Assembly (NCBI GenBank): GCA_963704725.1
Contig: OY969934.1
Span: 2,496,001 to 2,560,000 of the forward strand
Direction: 5' to 3'
DNA length: 64,000 bases
From: an uncultured Actinomycetes bacterium
GTDB taxonomy: Bacteria > Actinomycetota > UBA4738 > HRBIN12
The notes under the pieces were generated by a model. The model was not told where the DNA came from and ran no database searches. It saw only the letters and a program-made list of their open reading frames with translations. Positions 12,153 through 22,368 of the stretch are shown piece after piece; the stretch's first letter is position 1; each line of letters opens with the position of its first letter. A program made the translations under genes and the position numbers.

Positions 12153-13193
12153 TCAGGCCGGGGGCGTCACCCTGAGCACCTCGCCCGCGCCGAAGATCGG
12201 GAGCCACAGCGAGCCGGAGTCGTACGCCATCACCTGGTTCGCCGAGATGAAGCCCTGGTCCGCCACCGTCCACGTGCCGGTGAGGACGCCGCTCGCCGGG
12301 TCGATCGCGGCGAGCTCCGGCCCGTTCTCCGTCGTGACCCACACCGTCGTCCCGTCGAACGCGAGCCCGTCGGGCGCGATCGGGGTCTCGACGGTCGCCG
12401 TGACCTCACCCGTCTCGGGGTCCAGACGCTGCACGACGCCCCGGTCCGTGCACGAGACCCACAGGGAACCGGCCGCCTCGAGCATGATCTGCGGCCCGGC
12501 CTCCGTGTCGATCTCGGCCAGGACCTCCTCGCTCTCCGGGTCGATCCACGTCAGCGTGCTGTCCACGTAGTTGGACACCCACACGCTGCCCGCGGCCACC
12601 GCGACGAACCTCGGCTGGAGCCCGACGTCGATCCTCGAGGTCACCTCGTCACGGCCGGGGTCGATCCGTGCCACCACCCCGTCGTCCTCGCAGACGACCC
12701 ATACGGACCGCTCGCCGATCGCGAGGCCCTCGGGAGCCGCGCAGACGTCGATCGTCGCCGCGACCCGGTCGGTCACGGGGTCGATCTTCGTGACCGTGTC
12801 GTCCTCGGAGTTGGAGACCCAGACGGCCCCCTCCCCGATCGCGACCTCGAGCGGCACGGCGCCGACCGGGATGACCGTGCCGACCTCCCCGGTCTCGGGG
12901 TCGATGCGGTACACCGCCGGGTCTCCGCCGGAGCGGAACTCGGAGCTCACGACCCAGATCGAGCCCTCGCCGGCCGCGACGCCGATCGGCTCGCCGCCGA
13001 CGGGGATCGTGGCCTCGACCCCAACGGTCGCCGGGGGTCCGGTCCCGGTCGGACCGGTCGCGGTCTCCCCCGCCGCCCCGGAGGGAGGCGTCGTCGCCCT
13101 GGGGTCGTCGCCGCTCCCCGAGCACGCGCCGAGCACGAGCGCGAGCGCGGCGACGAGCGCCGCCCGGCTCGGAGTCCCCCTCCCCACGCCCAC
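12153..13193 (-). CDS. Lipoprotein with a YVTN/Vgb-type beta-propeller
   Basis: Lipobox LGAC and repeats IPVG..P..VA.GEG.VWV....D..V.RIDP. The start is uncertain (GTG at 13193 or 13187). Confidence 0.85.
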   Translation of the reverse strand: MGVGRGTPSRAALVAALALVLGACSGSGDDPRATTPPSGAAGETATGPTGTGPPATVGVEATIPVGGEPIGVAAGEGSIWVVSSEFRSGGDPAVYRIDPETGEVGTVIPVGAVPLEVAIGEGAVWVSNSEDDTVTKIDPVTDRVAATIDVCAAPEGLAIGERSVWVVCEDDGVVARIDPGRDEVTSRIDVGLQPRFVAVAAGSVWVSNYVDSTLTWIDPESEEVLAEIDTEAGPQIMLEAAGSLWVSCTDRGVVQRLDPETGEVTATVETPIAPDGLAFDGTTVWVTTENGPELAAIDPASGVLTGTWTVADQGFISANQVMAYDSGSLWLPIFGAGEVLRVTPPA

Positions 13194-13284
13194 GGATACG
13201 TCCGCGAACCGCTCCCGGGACGTATCTCGTTCCCGGAGGGGGCGGAGCGGATCCGGCGGGCGACCCCGCCTATCCTGGGGCGAC

Positions 13285-14238
13285 ATGGCCGAACCCGAAC
13301 GGGCACGGGCGTTCTTCAAGGACCTCGCCGACCGGGTCGACGAGCGGCTGTTCGGCGTCCGCGAGGGGCTCCGGCTGGTCATGGTGGGCATCCTCACGGG
13401 CAACCACGTCCTGATCGACGACGTCCCGGGGGTCGGCAAGACGACGCTGGTCCGCATGCTGTCCGCCCTCATGGGGCTCGAGTACCACCGCGTCCAGTTC
13501 ACCCCGGACCTGATGCCGAGCGACGTGACCGGGACCTCCGTCCTGAACCTCAAGACGAACGAGTTCGAGTTCCGCCGCGGTCCTGTGTTCACCCACATCC
13601 TGCTGGCCGACGAGATCAACCGGGCCACGCCGAAGACCCAGGCCGCGCTTCTCGAGGCCATGCAGGAGCGGCAGGTGACGGTGGACGGCGTCTCGCACGC
13701 GCTCCCGGTCCCGTTCTTCGTCCTGGCCACGCAGAACCCCGTCGAGCTCGAGGGCACCTTCCCCCTGCCGGAGGCGCAGCTCGACCGGTTCTTGCTCCGC
13801 GTTCGGCTCGGCTACCCGGACGAGCGCGAGGAGGAACGGATCCTGCTCACGCGGCCGGACGAGCGCACCCTGCCCACCGCGCCGCTCCCCGACCTGCCGG
13901 CCCTGGACGATCTGCGCCGGCAGATCGCGTCGATCGGGCTCGAGCACCCCGTCCGCAGCTACATCGTGGCCCTGGCCCGGGCCACCCGGGACCACCCGGA
14001 GCTCGCCGTGGGCGCGAGCCCGCGAGCCGTCGAGCAGATGGGTGACGCCACGCGGGCCTTCGCGATGATCGACGGCCGGGACTACGTCCTGCCCGACGAC
14101 GTGAAGGCGCTCGCCGAGCCGGTGTTCGGGCACCGCATCGTCCCCACCACCGACGCCCGCATCCGGGACCGGGGCGTGGACGAGATCCTGCGCGAGATCC
14201 TGCGGTCGGTTCCCGTGCCGACCGAGTTCCGCGAGTAG
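13285..14238 (+). CDS. MoxR-family AAA+ ATPase
   Basis: DVPGVGKT, RVQFTPDLMPSD, LLADEINRA.PK.Q.ALLEAM.E and ATQNP.E.EGTFPLPEAQLDRF. Confidence 0.96.
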   Translation: MAEPERARAFFKDLADRVDERLFGVREGLRLVMVGILTGNHVLIDDVPGVGKTTLVRMLSALMGLEYHRVQFTPDLMPSDVTGTSVLNLKTNEFEFRRGPVFTHILLADEINRATPKTQAALLEAMQERQVTVDGVSHALPVPFFVLATQNPVELEGTFPLPEAQLDRFLLRVRLGYPDEREEERILLTRPDERTLPTAPLPDLPALDDLRRQIASIGLEHPVRSYIVALARATRDHPELAVGASPRAVEQMGDATRAFAMIDGRDYVLPDDVKALAEPVFGHRIVPTTDARIRDRGVDEILREILRSVPVPTEFRE

Positions 14239-14242
14239 CGGG

Positions 14243-15394
14243 ATGGACAGCAAGGAGCGGCGGCGGGTCGCCCTGGCCGTGGCCGGGCTCTTCGCGCTGT
14301 TCGCCGTCGCCGTGGGCGAGCTCGTCATCCTCCTGTGGGCGGCGGCGCTCGGCGCCATCGCGGTCGCGGCATCGCTCTGGTCGCGGACGGCCTGGGACGG
14401 CGTGGAGATCGACGTAGCCTTCGAGCCGGCCCGGGCCTTCGCCGACGAAGACGTGCACGTCGTCGTCAGGGTCGCGAACCGCAAGCGGATGGCGCTGCCC
14501 ATCGTGCGCGTGCTCGTCCGCTACCCCGACGGCCTCCAGCCCTCGGAGGATCCCGATCCCACGGCCCTGCGCGGCCACCGGCGGCGGCTGTCGATCGGTG
14601 GGATGAGCGAGGTCACGCTGCGGCTCCCCGTGGTGGCCCGGGCGCGCGGCGAGTTCTGGCTCGAGGACGTGGAGGTGGAGCTGGCCGACCCGTTCGACCT
14701 CGCGCCGGTCACGCGCGACCTCGTCGTCGAGCGCCCCCTCCTCGTGATGCCCGAGCCGCGCACCGGCGTCCCGCTGCGGATCGTCCGCCGACTCCCGTTC
14801 GGCTCGCCGGCGGCCGCAGCCCGGCTGTTCGAGGACCGCGAGCACTTCGCCGGGGTCCGCGAGTACGAGCCCGGCGATCCCATGCGGCAGGTGCACTGGC
14901 GACTGTCGGCCCACACGGGCCGGCTGCAGACGAAGCGGTTCGAGCCCACCCGGTCGGCCGAGGTCCTGTTCGCCCTCGACGTCGCGAACGGCGAGCCCTT
15001 CTGGTACTCCGTCGACCCGGAAACCGCGGAGGAGACGATCGGGTGGGCGAGCTACCTCGCCCGGCAGGCGATCCACGCCGGCTGGCGCACCGGCCTCATC
15101 GCCAACACCCACTTCCGACGGGGCCGAGGCCGCCTCCGCGTCCCGCCGGCGACCCGGATCGGTGCGGAGTCCGCGCTGTTCGCCGCGCTCGCCCGCATGC
15201 CGAACCAGCCGACGAGCGATCTCGGCCCGGTCCTGCGCGAGCACACCCGCCGCCTTGTCGACCGGACCACCGTGGTCGTGATCTCGCCCAGTCCCGGGCC
15301 CTCTCTCCTGCAGGCGATGAGCGCGCTTCGCCGCCGCGGCTCCGACGTCGTGCTCGTGGCCCCGCCGGGCGGATCGGCCAAGGCTGCCTCGTGA
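14243..15394 (+). CDS. DUF58 domain protein
   Basis: GVREYEPGDPMRQVHWRLSA motif, directly after MoxR. Confidence 0.92.
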   Translation: MDSKERRRVALAVAGLFALFAVAVGELVILLWAAALGAIAVAASLWSRTAWDGVEIDVAFEPARAFADEDVHVVVRVANRKRMALPIVRVLVRYPDGLQPSEDPDPTALRGHRRRLSIGGMSEVTLRLPVVARARGEFWLEDVEVELADPFDLAPVTRDLVVERPLLVMPEPRTGVPLRIVRRLPFGSPAAAARLFEDREHFAGVREYEPGDPMRQVHWRLSAHTGRLQTKRFEPTRSAEVLFALDVANGEPFWYSVDPETAEETIGWASYLARQAIHAGWRTGLIANTHFRRGRGRLRVPPATRIGAESALFAALARMPNQPTSDLGPVLREHTRRLVDRTTVVVISPSPGPSLLQAMSALRRRGSDVVLVAPPGGSAKAAS

Positions 15395-16713
15395 TGCGCT
15401 CTGGGGAGGTCTCGCTGCCGTCTCCCGCCGAGCTGCGGGCGTGCGGGCTCGCCGCACTGGCCGAAGCGGGACTCGTCTGCCTTCCGGCATACGTGGCCGT
15501 GAACGAGAGCGGAGCCTTCGACGCCGGCATCGGCTGGTTCGCCCTGCCCTTCGTCGCCGCGTACACGGCGGGGGCCGTCGCCGCGTGCAGGTTCCGCTCC
15601 TCGGCGAACCTGGCCACGCGGGTCGCGCTCCTGGCCGTGCTCGCCGGGCTCGTGCTCGGCCGGGGCGGGCTCCAGGGGACCGGGTTCGCCGTCATCGTCG
15701 GGCTGCTCGTCTCGGTTCGGATCGTGACCCTGGCGCTCCGGGACTGGCGGACCCCGCTGTACGCCGAGATCTGGTGGGGCGCCGCCGCGCTGGGTGCCGA
15801 GGTGCTGGCCGCAGCCGGAGCCATGCCCGACTGGCGGCCCGTGCTCGTCCTGGTCGTGCCCCTGTTCTTCGCCGCGGCGCTCGCCAGCCGGGCGGTCACG
15901 GTGTGGACGAGCCCGGACCTCGACGAGCGGGCCGCGGGCGCCTCCTGGACCTGGCGCGTGCTGGCGGGCACGGGGGCGCTCGCGGCCGCCGTGGTGGCGA
16001 CGGCGGTCCTCGCGGTACGGGGCGGGCTGTTCGACGTCGTGGGGCGGTGGCTCCGACCCGTCTTCGACGTCCTGGAGTCGGTGCTCCTGTTCCTGGTCGT
16101 CCAGGCCGCGCGACCGCTGTTCTGGCTCGCCGAGCGGATCAACCTCGACCCCGAGCGGTTCCGGGAGGTCCTCGAGCGGCTCCGAGTCAACCTGAACAGC
16201 CGCCCGGCCACCGGGCTCACCCCGTCGGCGCCGTCGCCCTGGCACCGGCTCATCGGGCTGTTCGTGTTCGTCGCCCTCGGGTACGTGATCTACCGGTTCC
16301 TGCGGCGCACGCGCCCGGACGCCCTGCCCGAACGCAAGCCCCACGATCGCCCGGCCCCCGCCGAGTCGGTGACCCTGGCCGACCGCGTCGACCCCCCGCC
16401 CAGGTGGCGGTTCCGACCCGAGCTGCCCACCGACGCGGTCCGGCGTCTCTACGCCGAGGTCCTCCTGGAGCTCCGGATCCGCCGCGTCTCGAAGGAGCCC
16501 GCGCTGACCCCCGCCGAGTTCGTCCCCGTCGTCGCGACGGCCTTCCCCGCCACCGCCGATGATTTCCGGGCCCTCACCCGGTCGTACGAGCATGTGCGCT
16601 ACGGGAACGTGCAGCTCGGGCGGCGGGACATCCGCGAGCTGGAGGTGCGGCAACGACGACTGCTCGGCGCCCTCCGGCGAACCGGACGTGGTCTCGTCAC
16701 CGAGGATGAGTAG
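15391..16713 (+). CDS. Multi-pass membrane protein with a C-terminal DUF4129-like domain
   Basis: Many TM segments; C-terminal VRRLY....LTPAEF...LTRSYEHVRYG. GTGA overlap with the DUF58 gene. Confidence 0.85.
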   Translation: MMRSGEVSLPSPAELRACGLAALAEAGLVCLPAYVAVNESGAFDAGIGWFALPFVAAYTAGAVAACRFRSSANLATRVALLAVLAGLVLGRGGLQGTGFAVIVGLLVSVRIVTLALRDWRTPLYAEIWWGAAALGAEVLAAAGAMPDWRPVLVLVVPLFFAAALASRAVTVWTSPDLDERAAGASWTWRVLAGTGALAAAVVATAVLAVRGGLFDVVGRWLRPVFDVLESVLLFLVVQAARPLFWLAERINLDPERFREVLERLRVNLNSRPATGLTPSAPSPWHRLIGLFVFVALGYVIYRFLRRTRPDALPERKPHDRPAPAESVTLADRVDPPPRWRFRPELPTDAVRRLYAEVLLELRIRRVSKEPALTPAEFVPVVATAFPATADDFRALTRSYEHVRYGNVQLGRRDIRELEVRQRRLLGALRRTGRGLVTEDE

Positions 16714-16725
16714 GATGCGGGGCTC

Positions 16726-17739
16726 ATGAGCGGACCGGTGATCGTCGTCGAGGCGCTGAAGAAGTACTTCGGCGCGGTGAAGGCGGTCGACGGCGTCGAC
16801 CTCCAGGTGCAGCCGCAAACCGTGTTCGGCCTGCTGGGGCCGAACGGAGCCGGCAAGACCACGATCGTTCGCATCCTGACCACGCTCCTGCATCCGGACG
16901 GCGGGCGGGCCACGGTCGCCGGATACGACGTCGTGAACGACGCCGACCGGCTCCGGCACGTCATCGGATTGGCCGGGCAGTCGGCGGCCGTCGACGAGAA
17001 CCTGACCGGCTTGGAGAACCTGGAGATGGTGGGGCGGCTCTACCACCTACCCGCCGCCGAGGCCCGCAGCCGCGCCCAGACCGTCCTTGATCGCTTCGAG
17101 CTCACCGACGCCGCCAACCGCGTGGCCAAGACCTACTCCGGCGGCATGCGGCGGCGGCTCGACCTCGGGGCCAGCCTGGTCGGCCGCCCCCAGATCCTGT
17201 TCCTGGACGAGCCGACGACCGGCCTCGACCCCCGGAGCCGGATCGAGATGTGGGACATCATCCGCGAGCTCGTCCACGACGGCACCACGCTCCTGCTCAC
17301 CACGCAGTACCTGGAGGAGGCGGACCGGCTCGCCGACCAGATCGCCGTCATCGACAACGGCCATGTGATCGCGGAGGGAACCGCCGACCAGCTCAAGCTC
17401 CGGGTGGGCGGGGAGGTGCTGGCCCTCCGGGTCAGCGATCGCACCAAGGTCGGCGCGGCCGCGGGCGCGATCCTCGGCCTCGGCCCGGGTGGGGGGAACG
17501 TCGACAACAACACCGGCGAGATCACGCTGCCGGTCGGCACGGACGGGACCGCCATCCTGACCGAGGCGGTGCGGCGGCTCGACGACGAGAAGATCCAGCT
17601 CGCAGACATCGGCCTGCGCCGTCCCTCGCTCGACGACGTGTTCCTCAACCTCACCGGACACACGGCGGACCAGGCCGAAGGGCAGGCCGCCGGCGACGGC
17701 CAAGACGGCGGCAAGCGGAAGAAGAGGAAGGCCTCATGA
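16726..17739 (+). CDS. ABC exporter ATP-binding protein (DrrA-like)
   Basis: GPNGAGKT, YSGGMRRRLDL, FLDEPTTGLDP, LLTTQYLEEAD and C-terminal PSLDDVFL.LTG. Confidence 0.95.
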   Translation: MSGPVIVVEALKKYFGAVKAVDGVDLQVQPQTVFGLLGPNGAGKTTIVRILTTLLHPDGGRATVAGYDVVNDADRLRHVIGLAGQSAAVDENLTGLENLEMVGRLYHLPAAEARSRAQTVLDRFELTDAANRVAKTYSGGMRRRLDLGASLVGRPQILFLDEPTTGLDPRSRIEMWDIIRELVHDGTTLLLTTQYLEEADRLADQIAVIDNGHVIAEGTADQLKLRVGGEVLALRVSDRTKVGAAAGAILGLGPGGGNVDNNTGEITLPVGTDGTAILTEAVRRLDDEKIQLADIGLRRPSLDDVFLNLTGHTADQAEGQAAGDGQDGGKRKKRKAS

Positions 17740-18584
17740 GCTCGACGACCACCACCGTCACCGCCTCCGGCGGACGCCTCGCCAACACCACCTCCGACTG
17801 GTGGGTGCTCACCAAGCGGAACCTGATGTCCTACCTCCGCAAGCCCGACCTGCTGGTCTTCTCGACGATCCAGCCCGTGATGTTCGTGCTGCTGTTCCGC
17901 TACGTGTGGGGCGGCGCGATGCAGGCGATCCTCCCGCCCAACGTCCCGTACGTGGACTTCCTCATGCCGGGCATCTTCGTCCAGACGGCGATCTTCGCCG
18001 CGCTACAGACGGGCGTCGGCCTGGCCGAGGACCTGCAGAAGGGCCTGATCGATCGGTTCCGCTCGCTGCCGATGGCGCGCTCGGCCGTGCTTGCCGGCCG
18101 GACCGCCGCCGACGGCGTCGTGATCGTGTTCCAGGTGGTCCTGATGCTGCTGGTCGCCCTGCTCGTCGGCTACCGGCTCCACGAGGGCCTGGCGGAGGCG
18201 CTTCTCGGGTTCGTCGGCGCCGTCTCGGTGGGCTACGCATTCACGTGGCTGGCGGCGTTCGCCGGGTTGTCGCTGAAGACCGTCGAGGCGGTGCAGGCGG
18301 CGATGTTCACGCTCGTGTTCCCGTTCGTCTTCGCCAGCACCGCGTTCCTGCCCGACACGCAGTTCCCCGGCTGGCTCCAGGCATGGTCGCACGTCAACCC
18401 CGTGTCGATCTGGTCTGCGACGATCCGCGTCTTGACGCTGGGCGAGCTCTACACGAAGCAGCCCCTGAAGTACTTCGGGCACGTCCCGTCGCTCGGCACG
18501 CTGCTGTGGCAGTCGACCGCGTGGTTCGCCGGGATCCTGGCGGTCTTCTCGTACCTCGGGGTTCGGGTCTACCGGCGGACCTGA
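17736..18584 (+). CDS. ABC-2 permease (DrrB-like)
   Basis: IQPVMFVLLF, YVDFLMPGI, DRFRSLPMARSAVL; ATGA overlap with the ATPase gene. Confidence 0.93.
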   Translation: MSSTTTTVTASGGRLANTTSDWWVLTKRNLMSYLRKPDLLVFSTIQPVMFVLLFRYVWGGAMQAILPPNVPYVDFLMPGIFVQTAIFAALQTGVGLAEDLQKGLIDRFRSLPMARSAVLAGRTAADGVVIVFQVVLMLLVALLVGYRLHEGLAEALLGFVGAVSVGYAFTWLAAFAGLSLKTVEAVQAAMFTLVFPFVFASTAFLPDTQFPGWLQAWSHVNPVSIWSATIRVLTLGELYTKQPLKYFGHVPSLGTLLWQSTAWFAGILAVFSYLGVRVYRRT

Positions 18585-18718
18585 GCCGGGTTCCCGACTC
18601 GCAGGGTCAGCAGGAGCCCGGACGCCGGCACGAAGACCCGCATCCCCACCCACTCGACGTCCCCGGAGCTTAGGCCGCGTCCGGACCTGCCGATATCTCC
18701 GGGGAAGGGAGCGGGCCG

Positions 18719-19516
18719 ATGCAGGCACCCATCGCGCCGAGCGGGCCCCCGGCGTCGGAGCCGGGCGAGCGGGCCTGCCCGAGCTGCGGGGCCTCGAACG
18801 GGCCGCTCGCGGCCTTCTGCTGGCAGTGCTACCGGCAGTTCGGCCCCTCCTCGTACTTCTCGCCCGGAGCTTCGCCCCGCACGCCCGGGACGTACGTCTC
18901 CTCGACACCCGCCGGGCTCCGTGGGGCGACCACCGCGCTGCCCTCCGGCCCGACGCCCGCCTCGCTCTCCACGTCCTCGCGCCGGGGTGGCAAGCTCGCC
19001 GCCGTCTGGGTGGCGCTCGCGGTCTTGGGCGGGTACTTCTTCGTCCACTCGTTCCTCGACCGCGCTCCCGACGCGGCCCTCCCGGCCACGCTCGGCTCGC
19101 TCCCCCGCGTGGAGAACCCGCTGCTGGAGCAGGCCACCGAGGCGTTCCGTAACGATTCCGAGGGGATGGGGGTGGACACCGACATGGGGTTCTACGGGGT
19201 CGGCGGGACGCCCAGCGCGGCCCTGGTGTGGGTGGACGGCTCGGACGTGTTCACCACCTCGGACGCCTGGTCCGAGTTCGCCGACGGGATGAGCGCCGGC
19301 ACGGGGCTCGGCTCGATCGACCAGAGCCGGACCGTCACGCGAACGGTGGACGGCGTGGAGTACCGGTGCGCGCCGGTCGTCGGCGAAGCGGCCGGCAACC
19401 TCTGCATGTGGCAGGTGGACGAGGTCTACTGGGTGCTGTTCGACCTCTCCGCGGCCGCGGCGGGCGGCGGCCCCACGCTCGACCTGGCGGTCGCCGCTCA
19501 CGACACGACGGCCTGA
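18719..19516 (+). CDS. Zinc-ribbon-containing single-pass membrane protein
   Basis: CPSCGASN.....FCWQC at the N-terminus, one TM segment and an extracytoplasmic C-terminal domain. Confidence 0.75.
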   Translation: MQAPIAPSGPPASEPGERACPSCGASNGPLAAFCWQCYRQFGPSSYFSPGASPRTPGTYVSSTPAGLRGATTALPSGPTPASLSTSSRRGGKLAAVWVALAVLGGYFFVHSFLDRAPDAALPATLGSLPRVENPLLEQATEAFRNDSEGMGVDTDMGFYGVGGTPSAALVWVDGSDVFTTSDAWSEFADGMSAGTGLGSIDQSRTVTRTVDGVEYRCAPVVGEAAGNLCMWQVDEVYWVLFDLSAAAAGGGPTLDLAVAAHDTTA

Positions 19517-19609
19517 CCCGGCCTCCCGGGGGAACATCTCCCCGACGCAGCCGGTTGTCACCCGACATCGCTAGAGTGACGGGCTCGTCACGCTGAGGGA
19601 GGTTCCGCT

Positions 19610-21208
19610 TTGCCGCTCTTGGGCTTCGAGGGAGAGAACGCCCGCGAGAAGGTCGTCGTGCTGCTCACGATGTGCTTCGCCCTCGCGATGGCGATGCTGG
19701 ACAACACCGTCGTCAACGTCGCACTGCCCACGATCCAACGCGAGCTCAGCGCCGGCGTCTCGGACCTCCAGTGGATCGTCGACGGTTACGTCCTGGCGTT
19801 CGCCTCGCTCCTGCTGACCGGGGGCATCATCGGGGACCGCTACGGCCGCAAGAAGACGTTCCTGTCCGGATTGGCCGTGTTCACGACGGCCTCGTTCCTG
19901 TGCGGCATCTCCCAGAGCACGGAGCAGCTCATCATCGCGCGGGCGATCCAAGGCGTCGGCGCGGCGCTGCTCATGCCCGGCACGCTGTCGATCATCACCG
20001 TCACGTTCCCGCCGCACGAGCGCGCCCGCGCCATCGGGCTGTGGGCGGGCATGTCGGGGCTCGCCCTGGCGCTGGGGCCCACCGTGGGAGGGCTCATGAT
20101 CGAGCACCTCGGCTGGGAGTCCGTCTTCTTCCTCAACGTGCCGATCGGAATCATCGCCTTCATGGTGGGGACCCGGACGGTCCGCGAGTCGGTGTCCGAG
20201 GAGCAGCGGCACCTCGACATCGGAGGCCTCGCGCTCGGCACCTCGGCGCTGTTCCTCGTGACCTACGGCCTCATCGAGGCCAACCAGAAGGGGTGGAGCG
20301 ACCCGACGATCATCGCGTCGCTCGCCGGCTTCGCCGTGCTCATCACGGCGTTCCTGCTGTGGGAGCTCCGGAGCCCGAAGGCCATGATGCCCCTCCGCTT
20401 CTTCCGCATCCCGGCCTTCTCGGCGGGCAACTCGGTCGCGTTCAGCGTCTCGCTGGGGATGTTCGCGTCGTTCTTCTTCCTCAGCCTGTACATGCAGGCG
20501 ATCCGCGGCTACACGCCGTTCGAGGCGGGCGTTCGGTTCCTGCCGATGACCCTGCTCATCATCGTCACGGCCCCCAACGCCGGCCGGTACGCGCAGAAGC
20601 ACGGCTCCCGCGTGCCGATGACGTACGGCCTGATCCTGGCGGGGAGCGGGCTGCTGGTCCTGTCCAGCCTTCCGCTCGAGGTCTCGTACCTGGTGATGCT
20701 GCCGATCTTCGCCGTCATGGGACACGGGATGGGCGCCACCATGGCGCCGATGACGGCGGCCGTGATGAACTCCGTGGGGCCGCAGCGGGCCGGGCTCGGC
20801 TCGGCCATGACCAACACCTCGCGCGAGGTCGGCGGCGTCTTCGGCATCGCGCTCCTTGGGACCATCCTGACGACGAGGTTGCGGGCGGTCTTCGATCCGG
20901 CGCTGGGCGCGATCGGGCTCGCCGGCCCCCAGCGTGAGGCGATCAGCGAGACGGCAGGGAGAGGGGCGCTCGACCCGCGCCTGCTCTCGGGCCTGCCCCC
21001 CGGTCAGCGAGCCGCCGTGGGCCAGGCGTTCCGCGACTCGTTCATGAGCGGGTACCGGCTCTCGCTCGTCGTCGGCGGTCTGGTGCTCCTCGGGGCGTCG
21101 ATCGTGGCCAACCGGTTCATCCCCGGCCGGGACGTCGTGCGGGTCACGCAGGAGGAGCCGGCCGTGGTCACCCCGAACGTGGAGCCGACCCCCGCCCTCG
21201 AGTTCTAA
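19610..21208 (+). CDS. DHA2 (EmrB/QacA) MFS efflux permease
   Basis: LDNTVVNVALP, WIVDGY.L, GDRYGRKK, RAIQGVG, LGPTVGG and FFLNVPIG. Confidence 0.95.
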   Translation: MPLLGFEGENAREKVVVLLTMCFALAMAMLDNTVVNVALPTIQRELSAGVSDLQWIVDGYVLAFASLLLTGGIIGDRYGRKKTFLSGLAVFTTASFLCGISQSTEQLIIARAIQGVGAALLMPGTLSIITVTFPPHERARAIGLWAGMSGLALALGPTVGGLMIEHLGWESVFFLNVPIGIIAFMVGTRTVRESVSEEQRHLDIGGLALGTSALFLVTYGLIEANQKGWSDPTIIASLAGFAVLITAFLLWELRSPKAMMPLRFFRIPAFSAGNSVAFSVSLGMFASFFFLSLYMQAIRGYTPFEAGVRFLPMTLLIIVTAPNAGRYAQKHGSRVPMTYGLILAGSGLLVLSSLPLEVSYLVMLPIFAVMGHGMGATMAPMTAAVMNSVGPQRAGLGSAMTNTSREVGGVFGIALLGTILTTRLRAVFDPALGAIGLAGPQREAISETAGRGALDPRLLSGLPPGQRAAVGQAFRDSFMSGYRLSLVVGGLVLLGASIVANRFIPGRDVVRVTQEEPAVVTPNVEPTPALEF

Positions 21209-21263
21209 GCTAGGGGCGGGCTTCGAGCACCCACGTCGAGCCCACGAGGCCGAGGAGACCGTG

Positions 21264-21512
21264 ATGCCCGAGCAGGACCAGGACGTCATCGAGCGCATCG
21301 AGAACCTGGCGCACGAAGAGCACACGCTCTACGAGAAGGAGTCTCAGGGTCAGGCGTCGACGCGGGAACGACAGCGGCTGCAGGAGATCCAGGTCCAGCT
21401 TGACCAGTGCTACGACCTCCTGCGGCAGCGCCGGGCCCGCCGAGCCGCCGGGCTCGATCCCGAGGCCGCCGCGCCCCGCGACGAGACGACCGTGGAGGGC
21501 TACATCGCCTGA
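21264..21512 (+). CDS. DUF2630-family protein
   Basis: L..EEH.L...RL..I.VQLDQCYDLLRQRRARR.AG.DP.....RD..TVEGY. Confidence 0.88.
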   Translation: MPEQDQDVIERIENLAHEEHTLYEKESQGQASTRERQRLQEIQVQLDQCYDLLRQRRARRAAGLDPEAAAPRDETTVEGYIA

Positions 21513-22359
21513 GTCCGGGCCGCTCTCGGTCGGCTCCGTTCGGGTCCTCCCCCTCCTCGACGCGGTGACCCACTCCAGTCACCCGACCGTCGAGAACTAC
21601 CCGGACATCCGCCCCGAGATCTGGAGCGAGGCGCGCCGGCGGCACCCCGGCGTGTTCGACGCCGACCGGTGGCGGCTCTTCGTCAGGTGCACCGCCCTTC
21701 GATCGCAGGGGCGGACGATCCTCGTCGATGCCGGCGTCGGTCCCCCGTCCGTCCCGGCCTTCGCGTGGTCTGGCGTTCGCGGCCGGCTCCCCGAGGAGCT
21801 CGCCGCCGCGGGGATCGACCCGGCCGAGGTCGACACGGTGGTGATCACGCACGTCCACGACGACCACCTCGGCTGGACGGTCGGTGAAGGCTCCGACGTG
21901 CCGATGTTCGCGAACGCCGGCTACCTGGTGCACCGGGCCGATTGGGAGCTCATGGCCTCCGCCGACGACCCCGAGGACCGGGAGACCTTCGAGGCCGTCC
22001 TGGCCCCCCTGCAGCGCGCGGACGTCCTCCGGCTCGTCGACGGAGGGATCGCGCTGACCCCGGAGCTCACCGTGGAGCCGGCGCCGGGCCATACGCCAGG
22101 TCATCAGGTCCTGCTCGTGGACTCGGGCGACGCGCGCGCGATCGTCTCGGGCGACCTGGTCAACCACCCCGCGCAGCTCCTCCAGCCGTGGGCGGCCGGC
22201 CTGAGCGACACCGATCCCACTCTCGCCGCGGCCACCCGGGCGGCGTTCGTGGAGCGGATCGTGCGGGAGGGACGGCTCGTCCTGCCGTCCCACTTCGGCG
22301 AGCCGTCGGGCCGGATCGTCCCGGACGGCGATCGCTGGGACTGGCGGCCCGGCGTGTAG
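21508..22359 (+). CDS. Metallo-beta-lactamase-fold hydrolase; start codon unresolved
   Basis: LVDAG, THVHDDHLG (HxHxDH), PGHTPGH, SGD and C-terminal HF. No in-frame canonical start where homology begins (LSVGSVRVLPLLD), so the start coordinate is approximate. Confidence 0.85.
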   Translation, partial: PESGPLSVGSVRVLPLLDAVTHSSHPTVENYPDIRPEIWSEARRRHPGVFDADRWRLFVRCTALRSQGRTILVDAGVGPPSVPAFAWSGVRGRLPEELAAAGIDPAEVDTVVITHVHDDHLGWTVGEGSDVPMFANAGYLVHRADWELMASADDPEDRETFEAVLAPLQRADVLRLVDGGIALTPELTVEPAPGHTPGHQVLLVDSGDARAIVSGDLVNHPAQLLQPWAAGLSDTDPTLAAATRAAFVERIVREGRLVLPSHFGEPSGRIVPDGDRWDWRPGV

Positions 22360-22368
22360 GGTGGCCGG

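Noticed and set aside
13285-16713. MoxR-DUF58-DUF4129 operon as a novel system
   Set aside because: This is a common, already described gene arrangement.
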